Below are positions 39,170 to 51,685 of a DNA stretch of 64,000 bases, piece after piece; the first letter of the stretch is position 1, and each line of letters opens with the position of its first letter. The translations under genes were made by a program, and so were the position numbers. The DNA is from Escherichia coli (lineage in GTDB: Bacteria > Pseudomonadota > Gammaproteobacteria > Enterobacterales > Enterobacteriaceae): assembly GCF_041886205.1 (NCBI RefSeq), contig NZ_CP169029.1. One strand, written 5' to 3'. The notes below the pieces were generated by a model. The model made no database searches and had not been told where the DNA came from. It saw only the letters and a program-made list of their open reading frames with translations.

Positions 39170-39344
39170 CCTCTCCTTGAACATAACAATTCCCTGAATG
39201 TATGTGGGTCTATTAGTAGTTCATTTTATAACACCACTTTACAGGAAACCGTGACATGAATAACTACTGAATGCGAGCGGTTTTCCAAAATTGTTCATTT
39301 GCCTGATTTTTCAGCGATTGAAACTACACGCTGCAATTTGCCGT

Positions 39345-39373
39345 TGACACATTCGGGCGGAATTCATATGATG
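39345..39373 (+). promoter_or_regulatory. Sigma-70 promoter for tRNA-Ala (TTGACA-N17-TATGAT) with GC-rich discriminator
   Basis: Consensus -35 and near-consensus -10 about 30 nt upstream of the tRNA. Confidence 0.6.
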
Positions 39374-39404
39374 CCGCCCGTCAACTCGACAAGCTTTACG
39401 TGAC

Positions 39405-39480
<76 letters not shown>

Positions 39481-39490
39481 AATTTCCAAC

Positions 39491-39518
39491 CCTCGCTGCA
39501 AAGCGGGGGTTTTTTGTC
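39491..39518 (+). terminator. Intrinsic terminator after tRNA-Ala
   Basis: Hairpin CCCTCGCT-GCAA-AGCGGGGG followed by T6. Confidence 0.65.
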
Positions 39519-39687
39519 TCTGCTTTTTGCCGCTTTTGTAATACAGTCTACGTCCGGGTTAGCGCCGCCTGGTGAAAGCATCATTGGATGAAAAATCGGC
39601 AACAGGCTGGCCCCTGTTTGCTTCGCGATGCGAATAAACTTATTATTTGTGTGCCTGAAAACCCCGATCAGTGAGAGTAGTGTACTC

Positions 39688-41877
39688 ATGTTTGTGGAGC
39701 ATAACCTGATAAAAAATATCAAGATATTCACACTAGCGTTTACGCTCACCGTGGTACTTATTCAGCTATCCCGTTTTATTTCGCCACTTGCCATTATCCA
39801 TTCCAGTTATATCTTTCTGGCGTGGATGCCACTGTGCGTAATGCTGTCAATCTTGTTTATCTTTGGCTGGCGCGGTGTCGTTCCCGTTTTATGCGGGATG
39901 TTTTGCACCAATCTGTGGAACTTTCATCTCTCTTTTTTACAGACTGCGGTCATGCTCGGTAGCCAGACGTTTGTCGTGTTGTGTGCCTGCGCAATATTAC
40001 GCTGGCAGCTGGGGACGCGTTGGCGTTATGGATTGACCAGCCGATATGTCTGGCAACGTCTGTTCTGGCTTGGTTTGGTGACGCCGATCGGCATCAAATG
40101 CAGCATGTATCTTGTGGGGAGCTTCTTTGATTTCCCGCTAAAGATATCCACCTTTTTCGGCGATGCGGATGCCATTTTCACGGTTGTTGATTTACTAAGC
40201 CTTTTCACCGCTGTGCTGATTTACAACATGCTTTTCTACTATCTCACTCGCATGATTGTAAGTCCCCACTTTGCGCAGATATTGTGGCGCAGGGATATCG
40301 CGCCGTCGTTGGGCAAAGAGAAACGCGCATTTACCTTAAGCTGGCTGGCAGCGTTAAGCGTGCTGCTACTTCTGTTGTGCACACCTTATGAAAACGACTT
40401 TATTGCCGGTTACCTGGTACCCGTTTTCTTCATCATCTTTACCCTCGGGGTCGGTAAGCTTCGCTATCCGTTTTTAAATCTCACCTGGGCTGTTTCAACG
40501 CTTTGCCTTCTGAATTACAACCAGAACTTTTTGCAAGGGGTGGAAACCGAATATTCGCTGGCATTTATTCTCGCGGTGCTGATTTCCTTTAGCGTTTGCC
40601 TGCTCTATATGGTGCGCATTTATCATCGCAGTGAATGGCTTAATCGCCGCTGGCATTTGCAGGCGCTGACAGATCCGTTAACGCTCCTACCCAACTTTCG
40701 TGCGTTGGAACAAGCGCCGGAGCAAGAGGCGGGCAAGAGTTTTTGCTGCCTGCGCATTGATAATCTTGAGTTTATGAGTCGTCATTACGGCTTAATGATG
40801 CGCGTTCACTGTATCCGCTCAATTTGCCGTACGCTGCTGCCGTTGATGCAGGAAAACGAAAAGTTATATCAATTGCCTGGTAGTGAACTGCTGTTAGTGC
40901 TGAGCGGGCCGGAAACGGAAGGGCGACTCCAGCATATGGTTAACATCCTGAATAGTCGGCAAATTCACTGGAACAATACCGGGCTGGATATGGGCTATGG
41001 TGCTGCCTGGGGGCGTTTTGATGGAAATCAGGAAACCCTGCAACCCTTGTTGGGGCAGTTAAGCTGGCTGGCGGAGCAATCCTGCGCACAACATCATGTG
41101 CTGGCGCTGGATAGCAGAGAGGAGATGGTTTCCGGGCAGACCACTAAACAAGTGCTATTGCTGAATACCATTCGCGCGGCGTTAGATCAGGGGGATTTGC
41201 TGCTCTACGCCCAGCCCATTCGCAACAAAGAGGGTGAAGGTTATGATGAGATCCTCGCGCGACTGAAATATGACGGCGGCATTATGACCCCGGATAAGTT
41301 TCTGCCCCTTATTGCTCAGTTTAACCTTAGCGCGCGTTTTGATTTGCAAGTGCTGGAATCCCTGTTGAAGTGGCTTGCAACACACCCTTGCGACAAAAAA
41401 GGTCCACGCTTTTCAGTCAATTTAATGCCGCTCACGCTGCTGCAAAAGAATATTGCCGGGCGGATTATTCGTCTATTTAAGCGTTATCACATCTCCCCGC
41501 AGGCGGTCATTCTTGAGATCACCGAGGAGCAGGCGTTTTCTAACGCAGAAAGCAGCATGTACAACATCGAGCAGCTGCATAAGTTTGGTTTCCGGATTGC
41601 GATTGATGACTTTGGCACCGGCTATGCCAACTACGAACGGTTAAAGCGTTTGCAGGCTGATATCATCAAAATTGATGGCGTCTTTGTGAAAGATATCGTC
41701 ACGAACACGCTGGATGCGATGATTGTGAGATCAATTACCGATCTGGCGAAAGCGAAGTCATTGAGTGTGGTCGCGGAGTTTGTCGAGACGCAACAGCAGC
41801 AGGCGCTATTGCATAAGCTCGGGGTGCAATATCTGCAAGGGTATTTGATTGGTCGCCCGCAGCCATTAGCTGATTAA
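39688..41877 (+). CDS. pdeA: Membrane-anchored GGDEF/EAL-domain c-di-GMP phosphodiesterase YfeA/PdeA
   Basis: ORF track 39628..41877; ATG at 39688 gives 729 aa; N-terminal TM segments, C-terminal EAL domain (EVTE ... DDFGTGYA). Confidence 0.82.
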   Translation: MFVEHNLIKNIKIFTLAFTLTVVLIQLSRFISPLAIIHSSYIFLAWMPLCVMLSILFIFGWRGVVPVLCGMFCTNLWNFHLSFLQTAVMLGSQTFVVLCACAILRWQLGTRWRYGLTSRYVWQRLFWLGLVTPIGIKCSMYLVGSFFDFPLKISTFFGDADAIFTVVDLLSLFTAVLIYNMLFYYLTRMIVSPHFAQILWRRDIAPSLGKEKRAFTLSWLAALSVLLLLLCTPYENDFIAGYLVPVFFIIFTLGVGKLRYPFLNLTWAVSTLCLLNYNQNFLQGVETEYSLAFILAVLISFSVCLLYMVRIYHRSEWLNRRWHLQALTDPLTLLPNFRALEQAPEQEAGKSFCCLRIDNLEFMSRHYGLMMRVHCIRSICRTLLPLMQENEKLYQLPGSELLLVLSGPETEGRLQHMVNILNSRQIHWNNTGLDMGYGAAWGRFDGNQETLQPLLGQLSWLAEQSCAQHHVLALDSREEMVSGQTTKQVLLLNTIRAALDQGDLLLYAQPIRNKEGEGYDEILARLKYDGGIMTPDKFLPLIAQFNLSARFDLQVLESLLKWLATHPCDKKGPRFSVNLMPLTLLQKNIAGRIIRLFKRYHISPQAVILEITEEQAFSNAESSMYNIEQLHKFGFRIAIDDFGTGYANYERLKRLQADIIKIDGVFVKDIVTNTLDAMIVRSITDLAKAKSLSVVAEFVETQQQQALLHKLGVQYLQGYLIGRPQPLAD

Positions 41878-41884
41878 CAGGCGT

Positions 41885-41917
41885 AAAAAAGCCGGGGAAT
41901 TATCCCCGGCTTTTTTA
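41885..41917. terminator. Bidirectional intrinsic terminator between convergent pdeA and nupC
   Basis: Hairpin GCCGGGG-AATTATC-CCCGGC flanked by A6 and T6. Confidence 0.75.
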
Positions 41918-41926
41918 TGTATGGTC

Positions 41927-43129
41927 TTACAGCACCAGTGCTGCGATTGACGCCGACAGCACACTCACCAGGGTAGAGCCGTAAACCAGTTTCAGACCGA
42001 AGCGAGAAACCACGTTACCTTGCTCTTCATTCAGGCCTTTAACTGCACCTGCGATAATCCCGATTGAAGAGAAGTTAGCGAAGGAAACCAGGAACACAGA
42101 GATGATGCCTTCAGCACGCGGAGAGAGCGTGGAAGCAATTTTCTGCAGATCCATCATCGCAACGAACTCGTTGGAAACCAGTTTGGTCGCCATGATACTG
42201 CCCACTTGCAGTGCTTCACTGGAAGGAACACCCATCACCCATGCAATCGGATAGAAGATGTAGCCCAGGATGCCCTGGAAGGAGATGCTGTAGCCAAACC
42301 AGCCAGTCACAGTAGCAAACAGTGCGTTCAGTGCGGCGATCAGGGCGATAAAGCCGATCAGCATCGCGGCAACGATAATGGCAACCTTGAAACCTGCCAG
42401 AATGTATTCACCCAGCATTTCGAAGAAGCTCTGACCTTCGTGCAGGTTGGACATCTGAATGTTTTCTTCACTGGCATCAACACGGTAAGGGTTGATCAGC
42501 GACAGCACGATAAAGGTGCTGAACATGTTCAGTACCAGCGCCGCAACGACATATTTCGGCTCCAGCATGGTCATGTATGCACCAACGATGGACATAGATA
42601 CGGTGGACATCGCCGTTGCTGCCATGGTGTACATACGATTGCGGGAGATTTTGCCGAGGATGTCTTTATAGGCAATAAAGTTTTCAGACTGACCCAGAAT
42701 CAGGGAGCTGACGGCGTTAAAGGATTCCAGTTTGCCCATGCCGTTGACTTTGGAGAGCAGGAAACCAATTGCGCGGATAATCACCGGCAACACGCGAATG
42801 TGCTGGAGAATACCGATCAGTGCAGAGATAAAGACGATTGGGCACAGCACTTTCAGGAAGAAGAATGCCAGGCCTTGATCATTCATGCTACCAAAGACGA
42901 AGTTAGTCCCTTCGTTGGCAAATCCGAGCAGTTTTTCGAACATTTCGGAGAAGCCTTTCACGAAGCCTAAACCAACGTCGGAGTTCAGGAAGAACCACGC
43001 CAGTAACACTTCGATAACAAGCAGTTGAATAACATAACGGATACGAATTTTTTTGCGGTCGCTGCTTACCAGCAGTGCGAGAATCGCAACAACGGCAAGT
43101 GCCAGTACAAAATGAAGGACGCGGTCCAT
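41927..43129 (-). CDS. nupC: Nucleoside:H+ symporter NupC (CNT family)
   Basis: ORF track 41927..43168; ATG at 43129 gives 400 aa ([17 protein letters not shown]). Confidence 0.9.
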
Positions 43130-43395
43130 ATTTGCTCCAAATATGAGGCAGGTTAAATTTCCGTGCACATTCTATGTAACATGGTTAAGGAAAACGAGAT
43201 CTGACACACACTATAATGACGTCCTGTGACAAGCTTCAAAAATAGTGATCTGTCATACATTTCTGCTATGTTGTGTATGGGAGCTGAAAGTTATGTAAAT
43301 GTGCTAACATTAAACATAACCATAACATTCAAGTCATCAATCTTTTCGTAGTCATAATCCTGGTCTATCAAAGAAATCACCACAACCCATTTAAA

Positions 43396-43414
43396 TGAAT
43401 TTGATAATCATTCT
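43396..43414. promoter_or_regulatory. Fur box-like site upstream of mntH (TGAATTTGATAATCATTCT)
   Basis: Resembles GATAATGATAATCATTATC consensus; mntH is known to be Fur-regulated. Confidence 0.5.
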
Positions 43415-43430
43415 CGTTTGGCATAGCATG

Positions 43431-43452
43431 AAACATAGCAAAGGCTATGTTT
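43431..43452. promoter_or_regulatory. MntR operator: perfect palindrome AAACATAGC-AAAG-GCTATGTTT overlapping the mntH promoter
   Basis: 9-bp perfect inverted repeat 13 nt upstream of the mntH ATG; matches the MntR box as I recall it. Confidence 0.6.
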
Positions 43453-43455
43453 TAG

Positions 43456-44703
<1,248 letters not shown>

Positions 44704-44730
44704 TTGAATGAGCGTCGCATCTGGCACTAT

Positions 44731-44820
<90 letters not shown>

Positions 44821-44843
44821 TTGTGCTCCATTGGCGAATGTGT

Positions 44844-45170
44844 TTAATGGCGGTGTCCATGTCCGCGGCCTTTTCCGCGATGATCGTCACGATCGCGCCA
44901 GCCTTCACGATAGCCACGCTCATACGTTTTACGCTTATCCCAGCCACGATGGTAGCCATTATCATGACGCCACCAGCGGTTTTTACGCCATTCATAATTG
45001 CGATGCCAGTAATCACGATCTCGCCAGTGACCACCGTCCCAGTAATTACCGTAATGATCGCGATCGCCAATTTGTAATTTGATTGATGGCAGTAGGGTGA
45101 TTTCACCTGCGTTTGCCGCAAGCGGGGTAAATGCCATCAGGGCGGCCGCCAGAAACAGTGACCTGAACAT
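44844..45170 (-). CDS. ypeC: Secreted R/W/H/D/Y-rich low-complexity protein YpeC (DUF2502)
   Basis: 108 aa; signal peptide [21 protein letters not shown], then an unusual Arg/Trp/His/Asp-rich region. Confidence 0.75.
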   Translation of the reverse strand: MFRSLFLAAALMAFTPLAANAGEITLLPSIKLQIGDRDHYGNYWDGGHWRDRDYWHRNYEWRKNRWWRHDNGYHRGWDKRKTYERGYREGWRDRDDHRGKGRGHGHRH

Positions 45171-45284
45171 TGTTATTCTCCTTCACGATCGAAGCCGTCA
45201 GCGGCCTGTTAACGCAATATTACGGGGAGGTAAAGCCCCGTATCATCGCCATAACTCTTAAATCATAAAGGAGAGCATTTTTTG

Positions 45285-46541
45285 CTAAACGTTATCGTGG
45301 GGTGGCTGTTGCTTCGGACGATTGACCATCATCATCGGCTTACCTGCTAATAACAGCCATGCCGGAAGCATGACGATACAGAGCAGCGGTAGCAATGTGG
45401 TATTGGGTACAACGACTGCCGCCATAAAAAGACTTAACCAGCCATCGCGTGTTACCACCAGCACGATGCCGAGAATAGCGCAAGAAACGGTTATTGCCGC
45501 TGGTACGGCGGGAACGTGCTCATGCAGCATCAACCCTAATGCCACGCCGACAAACACTGCCGGGAAGATTCGCCCACCGCGAAAGCCACTGGCGGCAGCA
45601 ACGACCAGGGCGGCAAGTTTAATTACCGCCAGCAAAAAGTAATCGCTGGTGCTGAAAGCCTGATTTGCCACCATCTGCTGCATCTCATCCAGCCCTTTAA
45701 ACAGCGAAACCGGCCCACCAATAACCCCCAGAATACCGAGAATAAATCCGCCAATACCCAGCACGAGCACCGGATTTTTCATTTGATGCATCATCGCGTG
45801 CAACCGTGGTAAGCACCATACGGCGACCATCCCTGCTGCGATGGCAATCGCCGCGACAATTGCACCGCTGAGAATATCGGTCATTTGCATCTGTCCGTAA
45901 TGCGCAATGGGCAGTGAAAAATGGGGATGGAAAAATAATCCGGTAGTTAGTGCACCAGCTGCTGCCGCCATTAACGGCGCAAAGAGACGATCCCATAGCG
46001 GAACTTCACTACTGCCATTTAAGGTTTGCGAAAATATCAACGCCGCCGCAACAGGAGTGCCAAACAGTGCGCCGATGGTTCCGGCAGAGGCTAAAATAGT
46101 CCACTCCATTCGGTTGATGCGCGGTAACAGACGAGCGCCAATGGCAACCGCAAGGGCGATATTGACGGTCATGATCGGATGTTCCGGCCCCAGGCTGACG
46201 CCGCCAGCAAGACCGAGAATTAATGCTACGATAAGTCCAGGTAGCGCAGAGGGCGGAACCGGTGCGCCGATCAGCGGTTCACAGGCGGGGTCTGGTCCGG
46301 CATGACCCTGGCTGAAACGGATAACCAACCCCACCGCAATACCCGTTAGCGTTAATACACCGATGATCCAGAGGGGTGAATCCTGGGCTATCCCCAGAGT
46401 TCCCGGCAGTCGTTGCCAGAGCAAATTCTGTAATACCGAGGCGATTTTCATCACCACAATCAGAATAAGACTGGACGCAATCCCAATTGCCACGGCGGGG
46501 AGCGATAATAACAACATGGTTCTGGCTCGCGGATGGAGCAT
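45285..46541 (-). CDS. yfeO: ClC-like ion channel family membrane protein YfeO
   Basis: 418 aa; polytopic; synteny. Confidence 0.8.
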   Translation of the reverse strand: MLHPRARTMLLLSLPAVAIGIASSLILIVVMKIASVLQNLLWQRLPGTLGIAQDSPLWIIGVLTLTGIAVGLVIRFSQGHAGPDPACEPLIGAPVPPSALPGLIVALILGLAGGVSLGPEHPIMTVNIALAVAIGARLLPRINRMEWTILASAGTIGALFGTPVAAALIFSQTLNGSSEVPLWDRLFAPLMAAAAGALTTGLFFHPHFSLPIAHYGQMQMTDILSGAIVAAIAIAAGMVAVWCLPRLHAMMHQMKNPVLVLGIGGFILGILGVIGGPVSLFKGLDEMQQMVANQAFSTSDYFLLAVIKLAALVVAAASGFRGGRIFPAVFVGVALGLMLHEHVPAVPAAITVSCAILGIVLVVTRDGWLSLFMAAVVVPNTTLLPLLCIVMLPAWLLLAGKPMMMVNRPKQQPPHDNV

Positions 46542-46744
46542 GTTCTATTCCTTATGCGGGGTCAGATACTTAGTTTGCCCAGCTTGCAAAAAGGCATCGC
46601 TGCAATTGGTGCTGAAACGATAAAGTAATTGTGTGACCCAGATCGATATTTACAGGGAGCCTGCCTTTCCGGCGTTGTTGTTATGCCCCCAGGTATTTAC
46701 AGTGTGAGAAAGAATTATTTTGACTTTAGCGGAGCAGTTGAAGA

Positions 46745-47710
46745 ATGACAAAGTATGCATTAGTCGGTGATGTGGGCGGCACCAACGCACGTCTTGCTCT
46801 GTGTGATATTGCCAGTGGTGAAATCTCGCAGGCTAAGACCTATTCAGGGCTTGATTACCCCAGCCTCGAAGCGGTCATTCGCGTTTATCTTGAAGAACAT
46901 AAGGTCGAGGTGAAAGACGGCTGTATTGCCATCGCTTGCCCAATTACCGGTGACTGGGTGGCGATGACCAACCATACCTGGGCGTTCTCAATTGCCGAAA
47001 TGAAAAAGAATCTCGGTTTTAGCCATCTGGAAATTATTAACGATTTTACCGCTGTATCGATGGCGATCCCGATGCTGAAAAAAGAGCATCTGATTCAGTT
47101 TGGTGGCGCAGAACCGGTCGAAGGTAAGCCTATTGCGGTTTACGGTGCCGGAACGGGGCTTGGGGTTGCGCATCTGGTCCATGTCGATAAGCGTTGGGTA
47201 AGCTTGCCAGGCGAAGGCGGTCACGTTGATTTTGCGCCGAATAGTGAAGAAGAGGCCATTATCCTCGAAATATTGCGTGCGGAAATTGGTCATGTTTCGG
47301 CGGAGCGCGTGCTTTCTGGCCCTGGGCTGGTGAATTTGTATCGCGCAATTGTGAAAGCTGACAACCGCCTGCCAGAAAATCTCAAGCCAAAAGATATTAC
47401 CGAACGCGCGCTGGCTGACAGCTGCACCGATTGCCGCCGCGCATTGTCGCTGTTTTGCGTCATTATGGGCCGTTTTGGCGGCAATCTGGCGCTCAATCTC
47501 GGGACATTTGGCGGCGTGTTTATTGCGGGCGGTATCGTGCCGCGCTTCCTTGAGTTCTTCAAAGCCTCCGGTTTCCGTGCCGCATTTGAAGATAAAGGGC
47601 GCTTTAAAGAATATGTCCATGATATTCCGGTGTATCTCATCGTCCATGACAATCCGGGCCTTCTCGGTTCCGGTGCACATTTACGCCAGACCTTAGGTCA
47701 CATTCTGTAA
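46745..47710 (+). CDS. glk: Glucokinase Glk
   Basis: 321 aa; N-terminus [21 protein letters not shown] (ROK-like ATP-binding motif). Confidence 0.95.
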   Translation: MTKYALVGDVGGTNARLALCDIASGEISQAKTYSGLDYPSLEAVIRVYLEEHKVEVKDGCIAIACPITGDWVAMTNHTWAFSIAEMKKNLGFSHLEIINDFTAVSMAIPMLKKEHLIQFGGAEPVEGKPIAVYGAGTGLGVAHLVHVDKRWVSLPGEGGHVDFAPNSEEEAIILEILRAEIGHVSAERVLSGPGLVNLYRAIVKADNRLPENLKPKDITERALADSCTDCRRALSLFCVIMGRFGGNLALNLGTFGGVFIAGGIVPRFLEFFKASGFRAAFEDKGRFKEYVHDIPVYLIVHDNPGLLGSGAHLRQTLGHIL

Positions 47711-47721
47711 ATCCTTCCTTT

Positions 47722-47756
47722 TATATCGGGAGGTAACTCTCCCGATAATCTTTTAA
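47722..47756 (+). terminator. Probable intrinsic terminator after glk
   Basis: Hairpin TATCGGGAG-GTAA-CTCTCCCGATA followed by a T-rich tract. Confidence 0.55.
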
Positions 47757-47928
47757 ATCATACAGTTTATTCAATTTTTCTTTGTGTCCCCTCACAAGGC
47801 CGACCTGCGTCACACTTCCGTACAGCGGGATTAATTCTCCAGTAAATGCATTATTTGTCTGGTAACGGCGATTTGTTTTGCACGTTCATAATTTCACTCG
47901 TCAACTATCACTGAACGAGGAATTAACG

Positions 47929-48255
47929 ATGAGTAAGAAACTGATTGCCTTATGTGCCTGCCCGATGGGCCTGGCTCACACCTTTATGGCCGCTCAGGCG
48001 CTGGAAGAAGCGGCGGTAGAAGCCGGTTATGAAGTGAAAATTGAAACCCAGGGCGCGGACGGTATCCAGAATCGCCTGACGGCGCAGGATATCGCCGAAG
48101 CGACCATCATCATCCACTCCGTGGCAGTAACCCCGGAAGATAACGAACGTTTCGAATCACGCGATGTTTATGAAATCACTTTGCAGGACGCAATTAAAAA
48201 CGCTGCGGGCATCATCAAAGAAATCGAAGAGATGATTGCCTCTGAACAACAGTAA
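47929..48255 (+). CDS. fryB: PTS fructose-like EIIB component FryB
   Basis: ORF track 47878..48255; ATG at 47929 gives 108 aa; active-site Cys in LCACPMGLAHT. Confidence 0.82.
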   Translation: MSKKLIALCACPMGLAHTFMAAQALEEAAVEAGYEVKIETQGADGIQNRLTAQDIAEATIIIHSVAVTPEDNERFESRDVYEITLQDAIKNAAGIIKEIEEMIASEQQ

Positions 48256-48276
48256 TATTCGACAGGGATAATTGTT

Positions 48277-49524
48277 ATGGCCATTAAAAAACGCAGTGCA
48301 ACCGTTGTGCCAGGCGCATCCGGTGCGGCAGCGGCAGTTAAGAATCCGCAGGCCTCTAAAACCAGCTTCTGGGGTGAACTCCCGCAGCATGTGATGTCAG
48401 GGATTTCACGCATGGTGCCGACCTTAATTATGGGCGGTGTGATCCTCGCTTTCAGCCAGCTGATTGCTTATAGCTGGCTTAAAATTCCTGCTGATATCGG
48501 CATCATGGATGCTCTTAATAGCGGGAAATTCTCCGGTTTCGACCTCTCCTTACTGAAATTTGCCTGGTTGTCGCAGTCCTTCGGCGGCGTGTTGTTTGGT
48601 TTTGCCATTCCGATGTTTGCTGCTTTTGTGGCGAACTCTATCGGTGGCAAACTGGCGTTCCCGGCTGGTTTTATCGGCGGCTTGATGTCTACCCAGCCGA
48701 CGCAACTGCTGAACTTCGATCCCAGCACTATGCAATGGGCGACCTCTTCGCCGGTGCCGTCCACCTTTATTGGTGCGCTGATTATATCTATCGTTGCTGG
48801 TTACCTTGTGAAATGGATGAACCAGAAAATCCAGTTACCGGATTTCCTGTTAGCGTTCAAAACCACATTTTTGCTACCGATTCTTTCCGCCATTTTTGTC
48901 ATGCTGGCGATGTACTACGTCATCACCCCCTTTGGTGGCTGGATCAACGGCGGTATCCGTACTGTGCTGACTGCCGCAGGTGAGAAGGGCGCGCTGATGT
49001 ACGCAATGGGGATCGCCGCGGCGACAGCAATCGACCTTGGTGGCCCGATCAACAAAGCCGCAGGTTTCGTTGCCTTCAGCTTTACCACTGACCACGTATT
49101 ACCGGTCACCGCTCGTTCTATCGCTATTGTTATTCCGCCGATTGGTCTGGGTCTGGCGACCATTATCGACCGCCGTTTAACCGGCAAACGTCTGTTCAGT
49201 GCTCAGCTTTATCCGCAGGGTAAAACCGCTATGTTCCTGGCGTTTATGGGGATTAGTGAGGGTGCGATTCCGTTTGCACTGGAAAGCCCCATCACCGCCA
49301 TTCCGTCCTATATGGTTGGCGCGATTGTCGGCTCAACCGCAGCTGTCTGGCTGGGCGCAGTGCAATGGTTCCCGGAGTCCGCTATCTGGGCATGGCCACT
49401 GGTCACTAACCTCGGCGTCTACATGGCGGGGATCGCGCTGGGGGCAGTCATTACTGCGCTGATGGTGGTGTTCCTGCGTCTGATGATGTTCCGTAAAGGC
49501 AAATTGTTAATCGATAGCCTGTAA
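48277..49524 (+). CDS. fryC: PTS fructose-like EIIC component FryC
   Basis: 415 aa; polytopic. Confidence 0.82.
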   Translation: MAIKKRSATVVPGASGAAAAVKNPQASKTSFWGELPQHVMSGISRMVPTLIMGGVILAFSQLIAYSWLKIPADIGIMDALNSGKFSGFDLSLLKFAWLSQSFGGVLFGFAIPMFAAFVANSIGGKLAFPAGFIGGLMSTQPTQLLNFDPSTMQWATSSPVPSTFIGALIISIVAGYLVKWMNQKIQLPDFLLAFKTTFLLPILSAIFVMLAMYYVITPFGGWINGGIRTVLTAAGEKGALMYAMGIAAATAIDLGGPINKAAGFVAFSFTTDHVLPVTARSIAIVIPPIGLGLATIIDRRLTGKRLFSAQLYPQGKTAMFLAFMGISEGAIPFALESPITAIPSYMVGAIVGSTAAVWLGAVQWFPESAIWAWPLVTNLGVYMAGIALGAVITALMVVFLRLMMFRKGKLLIDSL

Positions 49525-49538
49525 GAAGGAAAATCCAG

Positions 49539-50624
49539 ATGACATTACTCGCTTCGCTGCGTGACTGGCTTAAGGCGCAACAACTGGATGCGGTGCTTCT
49601 CTCCTCACGGCAGAACAAACAGCCGCATCTGGGGATCTCCACCGGATCAGGCTATGTGCTGATTAGCCGTGAAAGTGCGCACATTCTGGTGGACTCGCGC
49701 TATTACGCGGATGTAGAAGCCCGCACGCAAGGTTACCAGCTGCATTTGCTTGACGCGACGCACACGCTTACAACCATCGCCAGGCAAATCATTGCCGATG
49801 AGCAGTTGCAAACGCTCGGTTTTGAAGGCCAGCAGGTGAGTTGGGAAATCGCGCACCGCTGGCAGTCTGAACTCAATGCGAAACTGGTTAGCGCCACGCC
49901 GGATGTGCTGCGGCAAATCAAAACGCCAGAGGAGGTGGAGAAAATCCGCCTTGCCTGTGGGATTGCCGATCGCGGTGCAGAGCATATTCGCCGCTTTATT
50001 CAGGCGGGGATGAGCGAGCGCGAGATAGCCGCTGAACTGGAGTGGTTTATGCGCCAGCAGGGCGCAGAAAAAGCCTCTTTTGACACCATTGTTGCCAGTG
50101 GCTGGCGTGGGGCGCTGCCGCACGGCAAAGCCAGCGACAAGATTGTTGCAGCGGGCGAGTTTGTCACTCTCGATTTCGGTGCGCTCTATCAGGGCTACTG
50201 CTCTGATATGACGCGCACCTTGCTGGTGAATGGCGAAGGGGTAAGTGCCGAATCTCACCCGCTGTTTAACGTCTATCAGATTGTTTTGCAGGCACAGCTC
50301 GCGGCAATCTCCGCGATTCGCCCCGGCGTGCGCTGCCAGCAGGTTGACGACGCCGCGCGCCGGGTTATTACCGAGACAGGTTTTAGCGACTATTTTGGTC
50401 ATAACACCGGTCATGCTATCGGCATTGAAGTCCATGAAGATCCGCGTTTTTCACCGCGGGACACCACGACGCTACAGCCAGGCATGTTACTGACCGTGGA
50501 GCCGGGGATTTATTTGCCAGGGCAGGGGGGCGTGCGCATCGAAGATGTTGTGCTGGTTACCCCGCAAGGCGCAGAAGTGCTCTACGCCATGCCGAAAACA
50601 GTGTTGCTCACGGGAGAGGCATAA
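49539..50624 (+). CDS. ypdF: Xaa-Pro aminopeptidase YpdF (M24 family)
   Basis: 361 aa; M24 metal-binding residues. Confidence 0.82.
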   Translation: MTLLASLRDWLKAQQLDAVLLSSRQNKQPHLGISTGSGYVLISRESAHILVDSRYYADVEARTQGYQLHLLDATHTLTTIARQIIADEQLQTLGFEGQQVSWEIAHRWQSELNAKLVSATPDVLRQIKTPEEVEKIRLACGIADRGAEHIRRFIQAGMSEREIAAELEWFMRQQGAEKASFDTIVASGWRGALPHGKASDKIVAAGEFVTLDFGALYQGYCSDMTRTLLVNGEGVSAESHPLFNVYQIVLQAQLAAISAIRPGVRCQQVDDAARRVITETGFSDYFGHNTGHAIGIEVHEDPRFSPRDTTTLQPGMLLTVEPGIYLPGQGGVRIEDVVLVTPQGAEVLYAMPKTVLLTGEA

Positions 50625-51661
50625 TGGATTTATCGCTATTAAAAGCGTTGAGCGAGGCAGATGCGATCGCCTCCTCGGAACAGGAAGTGCGGCAGATCCT
50701 GCTGGAAGAAGCGGATCGCCTGCACAAAGAAGTGCGATTTGATGGTCTGGGATCGGTGCTGATCCGCCTCAATGAATCGACAGGTCCGAAAGTGATGATC
50801 TGTGCGCATATGGACGAAGTTGGATTTATGGTGCGCAGCATCTCCCGCGAAGGGGCAATTGATGTGCTGCCGGTTGGCAACGTGCGCATGGCTGCCCGCC
50901 AGCTGCAGCCTGTGCGCATCACCACCCGTGAAGAGTGCAAAATTCCCGGTCTGCTTGATGGCGACCGGCAGGGGAATGATGTCAGCGCCATGCGCGTGGA
51001 TATTGGCGCGCGCTCGTATGACGAAGTGATGCAGGCGGGAATCCGTCCAGGCGATCGCGTCACCTTTGATACTACTTTTCAGGTTCTCCCTCACCAGCGG
51101 GTGATAGGGAAAGCCTTTGATGATCGCCTCGGTTGCTATCTGCTGGTGACGTTACTACGTAAGCTGCACGACGCCGAACTGCCTGCGGAAGTGTGGCTGG
51201 TGGCCAGCTCCAGCGAAGAGGTGGGTTTACGCGGCGGGCAAACTGCCACCCGCGCGGTGTCGCCGGACGTCGCCATTGTGCTTGATACCGCCTGCTGGGC
51301 GAAAAACTTTGATTATGGCGCAGCTAACCATCGCCAGATTGGTAACGGGCCGATGCTGGTGTTAAGCGATAAATCGCTGATTGCGCCGCCAAAACTCACC
51401 GCGTGGATTGAAACCGTGGCGGCAGAAATTGGCGTGCCGTTGCAGGCGGATATGTTCAGCAACGGCGGCACGGACGGCGGAGCGGTGCACTTAACCGGTA
51501 CTGGCATACCAACAGTGGTAATGGGGCCTGCCACCCGCCACGGACATTGCGCCGCATCGATTGCCGATTGCCGTGACATTTTGCAGATGCAGCAACTTTT
51601 ATCTGCCCTTATTCAACGTCTTACGCGTGAGACGGTTGTTCAACTGACGGATTTCAGATGA
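50624..51661 (+). CDS. ypdE: Broad-specificity aminopeptidase YpdE (M42 family)
   Basis: 345 aa; TAATG overlap with ypdF. Confidence 0.82.
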   Translation: MDLSLLKALSEADAIASSEQEVRQILLEEADRLHKEVRFDGLGSVLIRLNESTGPKVMICAHMDEVGFMVRSISREGAIDVLPVGNVRMAARQLQPVRITTREECKIPGLLDGDRQGNDVSAMRVDIGARSYDEVMQAGIRPGDRVTFDTTFQVLPHQRVIGKAFDDRLGCYLLVTLLRKLHDAELPAEVWLVASSSEEVGLRGGQTATRAVSPDVAIVLDTACWAKNFDYGAANHRQIGNGPMLVLSDKSLIAPPKLTAWIETVAAEIGVPLQADMFSNGGTDGGAVHLTGTGIPTVVMGPATRHGHCAASIADCRDILQMQQLLSALIQRLTRETVVQLTDFR

Positions 51662-51685
51662 TCTCCTGATTAACCCGGAGCGGTT

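Noticed and set aside
49647-50435. 262-aa ORF antisense to ypdF, and similar antisense ORFs opposite glk (46988..47680), nupC (42206..42970), ptsI (26921..27571), lpxP (59604..60275), ligA (32715..33356)
   Set aside because: All lie fully within recognised genes on the other strand and lack plausible translation signals.
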